Source: Podarcis pityusensis
Taxonomy: Eukaryota
Reading direction: 5' to 3' (one strand)
Length of the DNA stretch: 64,000 nucleotides
NCBI GenBank assembly: GCA_964106645.2
Contig: OZ067051.1
Shown: positions 10,488 to 24,014 of the stretch, piece by piece
How the letters are laid out: the number at the start of each line of letters is the position of its first letter
How positions within the stretch are numbered: the first letter of the stretch is position 1
Notes under the pieces: generated by a model
The model's database searches: none
Told to the model about the DNA's origin: nothing
Seen by the model: only the letters and a program-made list of their open reading frames with translations
Made by a program: the position numbers and the translations under genes

Positions 10488-10758
10488 CAGGCACTTCCAA
10501 CAGGTAGATCATGACCTACCGATAGATCACTGAACGTCTGAGGTAGATCACTGCCCCCCCCAAAAGCTCAACAACTTTGGCTCCCCCTAAAAAAAAAAAA
10601 AATCTCTTTTTTTGTTCCTTGCACCCCTAAAAAATGAGCCCCTTTCCTTCCCAAAAAGCTCAACAACTTTGACTTGAACCCCCCAAAAGGGCAGTAGATC
10701 ACTGCTAGTTTTTAACTCTGTGAGTAGACCACAGTCTCATGGGAGTTGGTCACCCCTG
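10488..10758. mobile_element. hAT-type MITE
   Basis: Perfect 8-bp TSD ATTTAAAA (10480-10487, 10759-10766); ends CAGG...CCCCTG; internal GTAGATCAC and CAAAAGCTCAACAACTTTG repeats. Confidence 0.8.
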
Positions 10759-13119
10759 ATTTAAAACAACAGCATGCTTTAAAACAATACAGAGACCCTA
10801 CATTGTGAGCTGTGAGGTCAGGCCACGAGCTGATAAGCCATGCAAAGCAGGCAGACTAAGAATGTAAAATTACATAAACACAGCATTTACCCTAAAGCCC
10901 AAGAAACAGGAGAGACTTTGCCTGGTGCCTCCTCACCACACCTTTGAAAAGAAAATTGTAGAGCTGGAAAGGTTCAGAAAGAGCAATCAAAACAATCCAG
11001 TGGTTACAGCAAATCCCTTAAGAGGCAAGGTTGCAACATTTGGGGCTTTTTAGAGATGAGCTTTTCTCCTTCTCTGTCATAATGCTAGAACCCAGCTGGG
11101 GCAAGCCAAGGAAGTTACTCTTCAGGACAGGTTCAGACAAGGGTCAGTGACCAGCTCATACCAGGGCTCCCATAAAAACCCAGGATTGCCTCTTTGGGTC
11201 AGGGGTCCAGTCCAGCACCCTATGCCCAGAGAGATGTCTGTGTAAGCTCAGATGCAGGCAGGGTGCGGCTGTGGTCATCTCTCCTGTATCCCTTCTTGCC
11301 TTTTACAGCCCTCTTGCTTAGCAGTGCTGGCATCCTGTGGTTTAAAGTTGATCTCCTCTAGACTGTAAACCAACTTTTATTTCAGGCTTTATATTGGTGG
11401 CTTTAAATTACTTCCAATGAAGTGATGTCACTTTCTTGAACTGGCTTTCTTAGAGCAAAGCCTTCCTCCGTAAAAGATGAAGAATCCTCCCTTTTAAAAT
11501 TAAATAGAGCTGAGTTAGACTTCCTGGCCATATTTTGAATAGTTGCTTTTCCCACTCAGTTTGGTGCAGTGCCTGCCTTGCTCCATTGTCGGGGCACCAA
11601 TTAAGTTAAAATCGGGGCCTAGCCCATGACTGACTGTACCCAGGCCTGGTCACCTGTAGTTGCTTTCTCTGGCTCTCCCTTTCTGTGGCCAGCCTCCTTC
11701 CAGGAGTTGCACAGACCCTGATTATCTCTGGGGGAGAGGGAGGTCAACCTTGTATCCGGTCATCAGGAGGGGCCTGACCTCAGACCTGCTGCATCCCACA
11801 GGCACAGGAGTACCATGTGTACTGGATTTCACAGTGCCCTCCCCAACTGGCCTTGCATCACCTGTTTGCTTGACAAGGAATGGAAGGGACTCAGGCTGGT
11901 TTCATCCCACAGAACTGGATCTTGCCCATCCAGTGGCTCCCAAAATGTGGACTCTGCCTCAGAGGCAATGGACCTTGAAGAAGAACCTGGGCAGGGGGTT
12001 GGATTACCATGACTGCAGGGATCATAGTTTCCCCACGGAGAGACTATGCTCTGTTGGCTCTTGTCAGGTCGCCACAGCCTGTCCCAAATGCTGGCCTGGA
12101 TGAATCTGTCCTCTGAGTCTCCTCCTATTGCAGCTGACCCAAACCAGGCAGGATGCCCCAGATTTGCAAGGCAGAGCATGCCCCATCCACACCTGGGGAG
12201 GACGCTCTAACCCCTCTCCAACTGCCCTGGGTGAGATACTCTAAACAAAAGTTCCTCTCCCAAGATCTCCTAACTGTCAGCAACTTGCGCAGCCTCAGTT
12301 GAGGCAATGCCACCCACACCCACAGTATGTTTGGCCATAGGAGGTCTCCCTGCCGTGCTTTGGGATAAAGAGGATGGGGGGATTTTGGCATAAAGAGTGG
12401 CACTAGCTTCTTCTGCCGAGGTGCTCTTCCCCATTCCTCCCCTGCCCCTGAGGAGCCAAGAGAAAGGAAGGCAACCAAAGTTCCAATTCAAGAGTTCTCT
12501 GGCTGTGGGACAGAGTCCTCCCAGGTGATGCTTTGTAGGAACATTTGCAGGAAGGGCCGTCATGGGCTTTGCAGACGCCAGAAGGTCCCAGGTTCAGTCG
12601 CTGATGGCCTCTCCAGGTACAACTGGGAATAGGAACCACAGGTGGAACCAGCAGAGAGAGAAGGCTGTTCCAATGCTGGGCTCACTCCATCGTTTCCTCA
12701 GCTGAGTCTTGCAAGCCCAGCCTCTACTATCCTCCCACCCCCTACACTAAAAGGTCCTGCCTAACAACAACCACCCTGCCAAGTTGGCGCATTAGTCTCA
12801 GCTACTCTGCTGTGAGTTCTAAGGCTGGGCAATTCATACGGAAGGAAAGAAGTAGCGGTGGGGGAAGCAGGTCCACAAGCAGCCATTAGGATTCAGGAGA
12901 GCTGGATGGGCCCCTGAATCTATAAATGCACCCAGCGGCATTACAGTTGAACAAGATTTTATTGGCAGAGCAAATACAATGTCCACAATGAGCACCAGTC
13001 CTTTGGGTCTGTCTCTCCTTGTTAATCAGCACCGCGACAGGACCCTCCTCCCCCCATTTGGCAGGATCATCCTTCCACCACCTGTACACATGGGAAGAGG
13101 TGTCACAGCAGGAGGCTTC

Positions 13120-13148
<29 letters not shown>
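13120..13148. repeat. (CA)n microsatellite in the SERINC4 3' UTR
   Basis: About 14 CA units. Confidence 0.9.
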
Positions 13149-13150
<2 letters not shown>

Positions 13151-13683
13151 CAGGTCAAATGTTGCTCACTGCCAAGACCCTGCAGTGTCTGATAATGGCT
13201 GAGAACTGGGGAGAGGCGCTGTGTTCCTGTGTCTGATTCTTTGTGTGCACCCTCCTTCCTCTCTCTGGAGTTCTCTGGTCCATATTAGTGGGACTTCGCC
13301 ACTTGGAGCTCTGCCTCGTATTTTGTCCAGCCTTGCAACCAACACTGGGGGACGATGGATGGATGGGCATCAGCACCACCCTTATCCTCTCCTTCCATTA
13401 AAGCACCTGCCTCCTCTGAGCCCCCACTCTGCTGGCTCGTTCACATTAAAGGTACCCGCTGGGGCAAGGCATGCTGTGGCCAGCACCGGGACGTGGCATC
13501 GTGGGCAGCCTTCACATGCAGCACCCAGTGGCAGGCAGTCTTCGGACCAGGCCTGGTCTCTTGGCACCAGGTGGGTCTCTTGGCACCGGCCTTTGGTGAT
13601 CGTGGCAGGCAGCTGAGCCCACGGCAGGCTGTGGCAAAAGCAAAAGAGCCTCCAGGCCCTTTTGGCGGTGGCGGCAGCATCAG

Positions 13684-16600
13684 CTACGTAGCAACACTGA
13701 TGCGGTGAAGGTTGCGCCGCTGACGCCGCAAGACACGCAGGGAGGTGCTGTTGCGTTGGCGTGAGCCTGGGAGGCAGAGTGGGCCCAGCAGAAGCCAGAG
13801 GTAGAGGAGGACACAGGCCCAGCCAGAAGAGACCTTAACCCAGAAGGTGGACCAGCTGCCGTGAGTGAAGGTGGTCTCTAGCACTGCATTTTCATAGCTG
13901 CAAGGAGAGCAGAGGTAGGTCGCATTGCAAGCTCCAAAGCTGCCCCCCCACACCTTTTGCCACGCAAGTTGCCACTCCCCCTGGATGTGGGCACCTTGTT
14001 CCTACCTGAACCAGTTGGTGAGAGTCATCATGACGTACAGCGAGGCCAGGAAGAAGACAAAGTGGAAGGTGGAGTAGCTGTAGACCACAGGGTTGCCGTG
14101 CACAATCTGCTGCTCCACTGGGGACCCTTCCTGCTCACCTCTCTGCCCTAGGCCAGGGGTGAAAAAGGGCCCTCCTGCTCACACAGCTCAGGGATCCAAA
14201 GCCCTGCTCTGCACCAATAGCCATGTCTAGTCGAATGACCAGCTATCCTGACTCTTACGGGGTTTCCCAATGTTGGGGAGTCCTGTACACATCCCCTGTC
14301 CCTTATTTGAGCATCTGGGGAAAAGATTCAGGAGAGACTGAGATGAGGAGTGTCCCCAAAAGATTGCTCCTCCTGCTATGCATACTTGAGATACCTGCCT
14401 TGTACCCCAACAGTGGATGGGGGGGCACTGGAAGGCCTAAGTGGCTTATGATGCTGCTGGGGCTCCATTGCACTCACCTGCTACCTCCTCTTCCATCTTA
14501 TCAGGGCAACAGAAGAAACAGGACGCCTTCTGTAAAGAGAACAGGATGGGTCATCCACCACTCATGCAACCTCTTGCCACCTGGCTGTGGTTTCTCTGGC
14601 TGCCCCTTAGCTCACAATGGAAACACAGCTGGCAACTGCCAGGGTCGCACCCTCACCCAACCCTTAAGTCACGATGGTGGTCATAGGGGACCCCTGGCTC
14701 TTCAGCTCCCATCAGCCTCAGCCTGTCTGGCCAGTAGCCCCAGGGGGTTGGGGATGGGGAGAAGAGAATGGGAGTTGCAGTCCAGCAACATCTGGAAGGC
14801 TAGAGGCTCTCCATCCCCATCCTGAGGGTGGTCTGTGGAGTCCTGACTTCCCAGGAAACAAAGAGGGAGCCTAGTATCAGTTACAGAGGGTGCTGGCTTT
14901 TCCCCTCTAGCTGAAAAAGGGGGAATCCTACCCTGGTTGTATTTGGAAGTGGTAACCAGGCTAGGAATGGGCCCACCCCTGCCAGTGTTTTGCAGGGGAA
15001 ATCCATGAGATATACATTGTGGGAACAAAGCAGATTGTGCATTTGGACATTAGAACTTGAACACAGGCAGTATCCCAAGAAGGATACTGAGACATTCATT
15101 TTATTGCCTGCTTTTCTGCCCAAACACATACAATGGTTGCAACTTGAAATGCTAAATAACAAATAAATGATAAAAGAGCAGAGAATCCTCTTGGGCAATG
15201 GAGAATCGTTTCAGGAGCTGGAGGTTAGGGGGGAAAGCATTGAAGATCAGCAGCTGCCTCTCAAGAGGGTTTCTGCCCCACACTGGACCCTTTCCTGGAA
15301 CCCACCTTAAACTCAAAGCTGTAGATCCTGACCATCCACAGAGGTCCAAACAGCTCAGCGAGCATTGATGCTTCATTGCTGCAGGAGGAGAAGGACAAGG
15401 ATGAGCAAATCAGCAGCAGGAGCCCTTCCTGAGCACAGCCCATCCTCTACCCAGCCATTGTAGACAGGCTGACCACAGGATGGGATGGACAGCCTGTCCT
15501 GTTTCTCTGACACAGAATCCATCCCAGTATGCCAGGAGTCCAGCAGGCGGGCTCTGCTCCTCCCTGTCAGGGCTGCCCCAAATTGCTTTGAGGAAAGAAT
15601 CACTTGGTGGGCAGCCTGAGGGCATTACCCCAGAAGTCCAATGTGACCGCGGTGTAACTTGCCCGCATTCTCCACCAGTCTATTATCTTGTAACAGGAAT
15701 GGGTGGCAGTGCAGGTCCCTTATTCCCAGACCCCTCCTCTGGCCCACTCTGGCAAGCTGGGGTCAATCCCTGGCTTGGGATTTGAGACCTCTGGGGGCAC
15801 ATAGGCAGGTACCCACCAGGCAAAGAGGACGCAGGCGTACATGACCCCAGCCCCCAGGATAGCCACCGTTGTGTCCTCAGTCTGCATCCCATCCTTGCTC
15901 ACACTGGGGAAGCAGATGGTGAGATTCTGCCCCTTGTACTGCACTGTGGGAGAGGAGGAGGAAAATGCCATTAGCTGATTGAGGACCTGCCTCACCCTGT
16001 GGATCTCCCCAGAAGGCAAAGGCTCAGAGCTGACACAGACCTTTCTCTGGTGGCCGGCTGGACAGGGCAGAGAAGGTCAGGTACATGACGTAGCAGCAGA
16101 TGATGGAGGCCTGTAAGGGACTGGAGCTTGGCTGTCCTGGGAGCAGGCAGGTGCAAGGGAAATAAAGGGTTATCAGTGTCCTCAAAAAGCATCCCCATCC
16201 CAACAATAAAGAGTGAAAATACAGTCTGTGTCTATCGGCCCAGAGTCATTGGTCTACTTGTGAGTACATGATTCCTGATGCTCCCTCACTGCCAGAAGCT
16301 ATAGTTAGGGTGTGCTTTAGGAGGCAGAGTATATTATTAATATTTAAGCTGCCTCCTGACCCTTCCAGTTGCTGGAAACATCACAGGCCTCCGGCTCTCT
16401 GATCCCCATCCTTGCTGAGCTCCCTGTGACAGGGTCCTGGGACTGTCTCATGACCTTGTTTCTGAATCATCTTTTGCACCTGGACCTATTCTTTCTGCTT
16501 CACCTTGTTGTGTACCTAGAAGCCTGCTCTCTTAGGTGAGTATTTGATAAAATTATTTACCCTCCTAGCACCCACCCCTCTAAGGAAACCACCTAGAACA

Positions 16601-18605
16601 TCCTTGGGAGAGGAACTTCCAGGGAGAAGAGGGCACTGGTTCAGTGCTTCTTGTTTGGGCAATTAAGTCCTGAGAGTGCTCTACACTTTGCTTCTTGCAG
16701 GCCACAGAAGGCTGTGAGCCCCCGCCACTCCAATCCCACCCTGTGCTGCAAAATCCACACATGCCATTACTCACGCAGGCGGACGCAGGGAGTGATGGAG
16801 ATGAAGGACATGAGGAGGCACAGGGCGCCGTTGAAGGCCAGCAGCCCCTTGTTGAGGAAACAGCCACCTGGGTGGGTGTAGAATTTGTACAGGAAAGTGT
16901 AAGCGGTGGAGGCTATGGTGTAGAAGCCCAGTGTGGCCAGGAAGATAGCCAGGTACCAGCGCTTGTCTGTGGAGGCGCCTGTCAGCCTGTGAGAGAACGA
17001 GGGAAAAGCTTGTTTGGAACACTGACCTGAGGCCAGCTCCCTCCATCTCAAGCCCCCTTGTGGGCTCTTGGTCCAGGAAAGTGCCCCAACCCATTCCATC
17101 CAGAAGGCAGACTCACCAATTCTTGTTCCAGGTGTGGGCAAAGGCTGTGATCAGCACCAGCTGGACCAGGATGAAGGCAAAGCCTCCGCAGACACCAACC
17201 AAGTGCCAGGCTGCAAGGGCCAAAGGAGGACAGAAATGTGGGCAGCAGTCAGGGGGACCAAAGAAGCCAAGCGCCACCTCTGGCTGTCCTGCCAGGCTCT
17301 TTCCCCTCTGGAAAGCCAGCTCAGCTCTGGCCAGGAAAGGCAGGAAAGAGGCTCTTCTGGCTTAGATCCCTCAAAGAGAAGCCTTTTTTTGCTGAGGAGC
17401 AGGATCGTGGGAACAGGAGCCTGCTCAATCAGGCCAATGAGGGCCCATCTAATCCAGCATCCCCTTCTCATGGTGGCCAACAAGATGCCTCAATGGAAAA
17501 CCAGCAAGCAGGATTTGAGCACATGAGCTCCCTTTCCTTCTGTGCTTTCCAGGAACTGGTATTCAGAAGCACAGTTGCCTCCATGAATTTGTCTAATCTT
17601 TTAAAGCAATCTTTCAAAGCTGGTGGCCATCACCGCCTCCTATGGGTCCCCTCAGAGGATTATCAGTAAGGAAATAAGCCCCACCAGAGGGAGGGATGCT
17701 GATTCTGACAGAAACAGAAAAGGATGAGGGAATGGCTCCATTTTGCCTGTTCAGAAATCTGTCAAGCAAAAAGGGTCCATATATGTTCCCCTTGTTGTTT
17801 TCAAGTCTGCAGATGACAATGAATGATAAGTGTTTCTTTCTTTAATTACATTCTTTTGATATTTCTTTTACCTTGAAATGCATGTAAGTTACCCAAACAG
17901 TTATTCACATTACATAATTTTAACCTACATCAAACTGCAGGCAGCAAGACAAATTACATCGTATTTGGTGGAAACTGAACTGCAGCAGAATGGAAACAAG
18001 GCTGCTGAAGAAGGGAAATGGCTGCCTTCCTCCATTCCTACCTGGAGGGCTGTCCCTACAGTGATGAGGGGTGGGGCTCTTGGCAAGAGCAAATTGCAGA
18101 GCCACCAGCCTGCAGCCAAGTGGGCTGCTCTTCTATTCTCCTTACCTCGGAGGAAGCGCTGGTCTTGGATGAAGAAGGCGGCTGCGCAGAGCCCCACAAG
18201 GATGAGGAGCTTCAGGAACCAGAACCTGCAACAGACCCCAAAGAGGCGGTGAATAACCAGGGTGGCCCCTGGATGGACGGGCCTGTGGCTTACTCTGCCT
18301 GCTCCTCCATAACAGCCCAGGGGCTGCCAGGTCTGTGTCAGGACCTCCCTTCTCCTCACCCATTGTGCAAGAGGGCGCGGACATTGCTGCTGGACTTGAT
18401 GTTGACCAAGAAGGCTGCCTGGCCCAGGTAGAAGCAGGCGGTGCCAAAGCAGACCCTGTAGACAGCTGAGTAGCCCACCAGGATGTCACAGTCACTGCCC
18501 CCAGGAAGGTGTTCACACAGCACTGCGTAGAAAGGCACCTGTGGGAGGAAGGGAGAGAGACCCGGGGTGGGGGGAAGCATTGCCAGAACTTCCACACTGG
18601 AACCC

Positions 18606-18648
<43 letters not shown>

Positions 18649-21600
18649 CATTTATATCCCACTTTGCGCCACTCCAAGGAGCTCAAGGCAGCATGCATAG
18701 CTATTTCCCATCTCATTTAATCCCCACAGAAACCCTGTGAGGCAAGATAGGCTGCAATGTGGGGACTGGCCCCCCAAATCACACCCAGTGAGCTTCATGG
18801 CCAAGTAGGGATTTGAACCCTTGTATTCCTGGTCCGAGTTCAACATGCTAACCATTGTGCCACTATTTAAAAGGTAAAGATAAAGGGACCCCTGACCATT
18901 AGGTCCAGTTGTGACCGACTCTGGGGTTGCGGTGCTCATCTCGCTTTACTGTCTGAGGGAGCCAGTGTACAGCTTCCGGGTCATGTGGCCAGCATGACTA
19001 AGCCGCTTCTGGCGAACCAGAGCAGCACACGGAAACGCCGTTTACCTTCCCACCAGAGCAGTACCTGTTTATCTACTTGCACTTTGACGTGCTTTCGAAC
19101 TGCTAGGTTGGCAGGAGCAGGGACCGAGCAGCGGGAGCTCACCCCGTCGCGGGGATTCAAACCGCCGACCTTCTGATCGGCAAGTCTTAGGCTCTGTGGT
19201 TTAACCCACAGCACCACCCGGATCCCTGTGCTACTATTTAGTGTGGAATTAAAATGTTTGCTTTGCAGAGCCCATCCTCTGCTTTCTTCTCTTTTTAAAT
19301 AGAACTAGAGTAATAGCATTTTAAAAAGGGAAGTGAATTAATAAGAGGAAGCTGGTCATTCGAGCCCCTCCCTGCCACTTGGAGGAGATTATTTTCTCGG
19401 AATAGTGGCCAGTTGTCCTCTCCCCCCCCCCGCCCCAATGAGCCTCCAGATGCAGGTGGAGGAGGCTCCCAATGGCAGTGGCTTCTCACTCACTCACGTT
19501 CTCCTTGATGGCTTCGGCCACAGTGCGGGAGAGCATGAAGCAGCAGCTGGCACAGGCCAGGATGTGGAAGAGCATGTAGAGGAGCCGGGTCCCCGTCGAG
19601 ACTTTGATGCCGGGGCAGCAGGGGCAGCACAAGGTGCAAGGGGTTGGGCCGCAGCAGCAGCAAATCTGAGCAGGGGAGAGGGAAGTTGAGTGTTACCTGC
19701 TTAGACCTTCTCTGCATGCCCAGCAACCCTCTGCCTCCCTACCCACAATGAGCTGGACTCCCTGCCTCTCACTGGACCCTTCACCCCAAGCCTCTGCCAG
19801 CAGAAAGCAGCTGGGGTCTGTTGCCTGCATGGATGAGGGGCTGGGCAGCTGGATTGTCCTGGGTCAGCCCCTAGGCTTGGCCCACCCACAAGGCTGTCCC
19901 TGAGCAGGTCCTTGAACAGTGAGTGAGGGGCACAGCCTGCAGGAGGCAGGATTAAGGGGATTGGGAAGCTCAGGTGCCATCTGTTGCTGCTGGAGGGGGG
20001 CAGGCGTCACATTCAGGGTCCAATGTGCTTCCACCAACCCACCAGTCTCTGGTTCAGCCGGACAAAATATGCAAAACAAGCAACCTAGCTCATGGGGCCA
20101 GCTGTGGGTCAAGAACTGGCAGTGACACAGAATTTCTAAGATGGTGTTTTAGTTCTTAATGGTAATTTCTTTTTGCTGTTCTACACTGTACTTTAGAACA
20201 GCTCCTCTTATGGAACAGCTATACAACTGCAGTTAATAAATAAAACAATTCATGCATGGTTTCTCCCTTGTGGGAAAACCAGCGGTGGGTTGCAATGTTT
20301 CTGTGCCCTCAGAGGGTTTTGTGCCACCCATCCTGAGACTGTGGAACACACAATAGGTTAGAAAGGGAGGGCACATTCCTGTCACTGAGACGTGCCAGCT
20401 GAGCAGTCTGCTATGGAAGGAGCATAATAGGCACCAATCTGTGAGCAGAGATGGGCTTGCCAGGCTGACTCCACAGGCTTCCCTGTAATCTGGAGTTCAC
20501 GTGTGCCCAGGATGATTGCTCTGGCACTGTCAATAAGTCCAATTGACAGTGCAATACTTTAAAGGTAAATCTCAATGAGCACATACAGGAAGATGAGTTT
20601 GTATACCAAGTAGGGATCACTGCCGAATGGCACACTTTAAGACCAGGAAGGGCTGTGGCTCGATGGCAGAGCATCTGCTTGGCATGTAGAAGGTTCCAGG
20701 TTCATTCTCAAGCAGCTTCTCCAGGTATGGCTGGGAAGGCCCCTGAATGAAGACTGGAGAGCTGTTGCTGCCAGCCAGTGTAGACAGTGCTGAGCTGGAT
20801 AGTCTGATTCAGTAGAAGATGGCTCCTGACACTCCTAAGGCTCATTGTTTTAACTTGCTTGCATTGCCTTATTATCAATCTGCAGGACACCTTTGGATGC
20901 CAACAACCTTCTCATTAGCCCACTTTCCAGAGACTCCAAAGCTCCTGCGTCACTGAGTTCTCTGTCTGCTGCTTCTGACCAGTTCTGCAGCTGTTGCATT
21001 TCTTATTCTTTCTCTGGGTCTAGCACAGCAACACCTGGGTCCCATAAGGCAATGGCCCCAAAGAGGAGCCAGCCAAAGCCTCCCACCCACTCCTAGCTCT
21101 GCACCTGAGCATCCTGCCCAGCTGTGTTCTCAGAGTCCATCTGACCACCAATAACCTTAGAGAGGGATTAGAGTCACTCCTAATTGACACAGGCACAGCA
21201 TCCATCCCCTCCTCCCACCTGAGCTGGGCAGAGCCCCTCCCCGTGATCTGCAGTTGGGCCAATGAAGTTAGGGATGCATTGCAAGGTGGGGGACCACCTT
21301 TGCTAGTTGGCCACATTTTTGGCCTGCCTCAGGAAGCTCCTTGAACACCTTTCACCCTCCTCGGTCAAGAAGCACACCTGGGAAAGAGTTTGAATGGAAT
21401 GTGTTCCTCAAACCAACTGGGATATCACCTCAAGATGGGGAGCTTAATTCTCCATGTGCCCAGAGCCAGGGGCCTGAAACTGCTGCCCATTAGCTTAAGG
21501 AGATTTTATGGAGAGGACCCCTCCAGGCACCAACTAGCATCTTAGAGAAACACCTACTTGGATTCCTGTTAAAAGAGAGGCAGGGGCGCCACACCTAGAG

Positions 21601-24014
21601 GGAAACTGGCGCTCTACACAAAGAAGGTGCTCATGTCCCATTCCTGGGCAGCTAAAGACCTGCAAGAAGCACCCAGGACTGTCTCTGGCCTTGATATTGT
21701 GACTGCAAAAGGAATCAAGACAGCTCCTATGAGGAAGGGATAGTAGATACCTGGAAGGGGAGGGTCCAAGGAACATGTCAGAGGAGAAAAGTGTATCAGT
21801 TTAGAAAGCAGATGGATGAGTGGGTGAATCCTGAGCTTCTAGAGGCAAGAGCTGGCACCAGGTTATGGGGTAGCATCCCTATGGAGGCTCCTTCCAGGCA
21901 GGAATTCATTGTGGAAAACGATGCTGCTCAGGCACACAAGTTTTCTGCATTGTTTATACAACATCACCACCATCAAAATCCCAGCCCACATTTTTTAAAT
22001 TTAAATTTAATCCGGATTTCCCCTTCCTCTGGGAAATCCGATAAGTAGAAACAACCTGTTAAACATCCGCTGTCTCTGTCTGGTGTGGAAATTTCTTGGC
22101 ACAGAGTTGTTGTGGGGTTTTTTTTGAAGGGTGGAGAGGGGTAGTTTCTCATGTGTGTGGTGCTGACTGATGTTTTGGTGGGTGGCCTCTATCACACACA
22201 TAAACCCTGCATTCGTCAGCTCCTCTCCAGAGCACAAGTTAAGCTATTTTGTTCCAGATACACCAGTAACAGACAGAAGATGTTCATTCCCAGTAATGAC
22301 TACAATGCTGAAGGTGCATTTGAATTTCAGCGGCCTGATGAGAGGAAGTTGTGATATCAAGTCATTGTGGGGAATTACCTCTTCAGACTAATCACAGTAC
22401 ATACACCAGACTTTCTCTTTTAAAAAGTTTAATCTGAATTTCATGCACAAAACCTCCTCCTTAGAACTTCAGTCTTGGCACATTTTATTATATGTGGTGG
22501 AATTGTAAAAAGATAAAGGACTTCTAGGAGATGATATATAATGAATTTTAAAATTTTTGTAAGACCAGTAAAAATTATTTTTTTAAAAAAAGAACTTCAG
22601 TCTTTCATTGATGCTGCGCTTTGGGAGGGGTGGGGGAAGAGACTGCATAGCTGTGCTGTTAATGGTTACAGGGATGTATAGATAAGATTAGCCATATTTT
22701 AAAAAAATATTGCTACTTGGTCCCAGCCACACAAAACCAAACAGCAGATCAATATAGCACTTCCCCAAGTATTAAAAAAAGAATCAAGAGATATCGCTCC
22801 CCCTTCTGCCAACAGGCCTCCAGTTTGTGCCTTGTGAAACACGACAACTAACTGGGCTAGCCAAGTTTGCCCTCTTGCCTTCTTCTCATAGCTGTCAACT
22901 TTCAGATTTGAAAATAAGGGATTAGCAGCCTCACCTGTCCCGGGGACAGTCTATGGGATATCTAACAATCCAGGATAGCAGTGGGAAATGACGCTGGAAT
23001 AAGGGAATTTCCCGCAAAAAAGGGAAGGTTGACAGCTATGCCTCCTTCTGTGCTGCCAGCGATGCAGAGGAGGGGCAAAAAAGCCACCGACTGAATTAAT
23101 TCTGCCAGGCTCCACCCTCTGATGTGGATGGCAAGCGGGGTAACAGTGAAAATCCACAGTTGAATAAACAAGATGTGTGGAAGGCCACGTGCCAACTGCA
23201 TGCATCTGAAAACCAGCCCTGCAGGACCCGTTTGCGACAGAAAACCCCTTCTGGAAGTCCCCCTGAGCACTGGGGAACAGTGCTGGGCAGACTGTGTGAA
23301 CAAGGCAAGAAGGGCGACCCAAACCCGTCCCCCCGGCCACACATGCATCACCCCAAGAACCCTCTGCATGTGTGCTTTTTCTACATTCTCATTGTGAGTC
23401 CAATTTTCTTTCATTTAATTGTGTTGATTGTCAAGGCTGAGGCTCACAAGCCTTTATCCTCTGAACCTCCATGGGAGGCCTGATCCTTCCCTGGTCCTGG
23501 AGCTGAGGGCAAGGGCCAAGTGGGCTGCTGGGCAAATGGCTAGTTTGCTTTCACCAACGTTGGCTGTGGCTAGAGGCTTCCTCGCCTGAGGGGAGGTTGC
23601 TGGGACTCTGGCCTGAGTTTGGGCCTTGCAGGCACAGCAGAAGGTCCATTGTGGCTCAGTGGCAGAGCACCTGCTTGGCATGCAGAAGGTCCTTGGTTTG
23701 ATACCCACGGCATCTCCAGGAAAGGCTAGGAATGCCCCCTGTCTGATACCCTGGTGAGGTGCTGCCAGTCAGTGTGGCCCAGGGGTAGAAGCAGCAGCTC
23801 GTGTTCAAGCTGGCATCGCCTGTTCTGGCTGTTCCCTCCCTTGGGGGCCTCTTGGGCCAGCCCTTGGCCAGACCCCAGAGCTGACAAGTCTTGAAGCCTC
23901 CCCTCTGCTTACCTGGGCCTTGCAGTAGCCTGGCACCATCCCTCCTCCTCTGTTCCCGGTGCCCCCAGCTCCCCAAGGGAACGGCTGGACGTCCTGCCCT
24001 CGTCCCCCAGTCAT
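13684..24014 (-). CDS. SERINC4: Serine incorporator 4 (512 aa from ATG 24014, or 487 aa from ATG 23939)
   Basis: 12 GT-AG exons in phase: 23913-24014, 19498-19665, 18360-18538, 18146-18225, 17117-17210, 16775-16986, 16041-16136, 15817-15943, 15306-15378, 14478-14529, 14006-14147, 13684-13897. Motifs: [125 protein letters not shown]. Poly(A) signal AATAAA (-) at 12958-12963. Exon 1 is the least certain. Confidence 0.93.
18607..18647. repeat. (GATT)n microsatellite, the tail of a reversed Squam3-like SINE (to about 18865)
   Basis: About 10 GATT units, followed by the reverse complement of the SINE family seen at 5247. Confidence 0.85.
18870..19226. mobile_element. Sauria SINE, full length
   Basis: AAAGGTAAAG...GGGACCCCTGACCATTAGGTCCAGT...GGATTCAAACCGCCGACC...TTTAACCCACAGCACCACC; flanked by a 14-bp TSD TGTGC(C/T)ACTATTTA (18856-18869, 19227-19240). 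Confidence 0.9.
20645..20840 (+). mobile_element. tRNA-derived SINE fragment
   Basis: GGGCTGTGGCTC..TGGCAGAGCATCTGCTTGGCATG..GAAGGT..GGTTC...GAGCTGTTGCTGCCAG. A related copy lies at about 23640-23790 and a reversed one at about 35060-35260. Confidence 0.55.
22887..23040. mobile_element. MITE with CATAGCTGTCAAC terminal inverted repeats
   Basis: Perfect 13-bp TIRs; flanks CCTTCTTCT / CCTCCTTCT (9 bp, 1 mismatch). Confidence 0.75.

Noticed and set aside
11660-12700. Cluster of 65-147 aa ORFs between SERF2 and SERINC4
   Set aside because: No recognisable motif or convincing splice structure; may be extended 3' UTR. Cannot support a gene call.
19666-19726. Donor-like CAG|GTAACA at 19696 as SERINC4 exon 1
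   Set aside because: Would leave an intron of only about 30 nt; the 23913-24014 exon fits better in phase and sequence.
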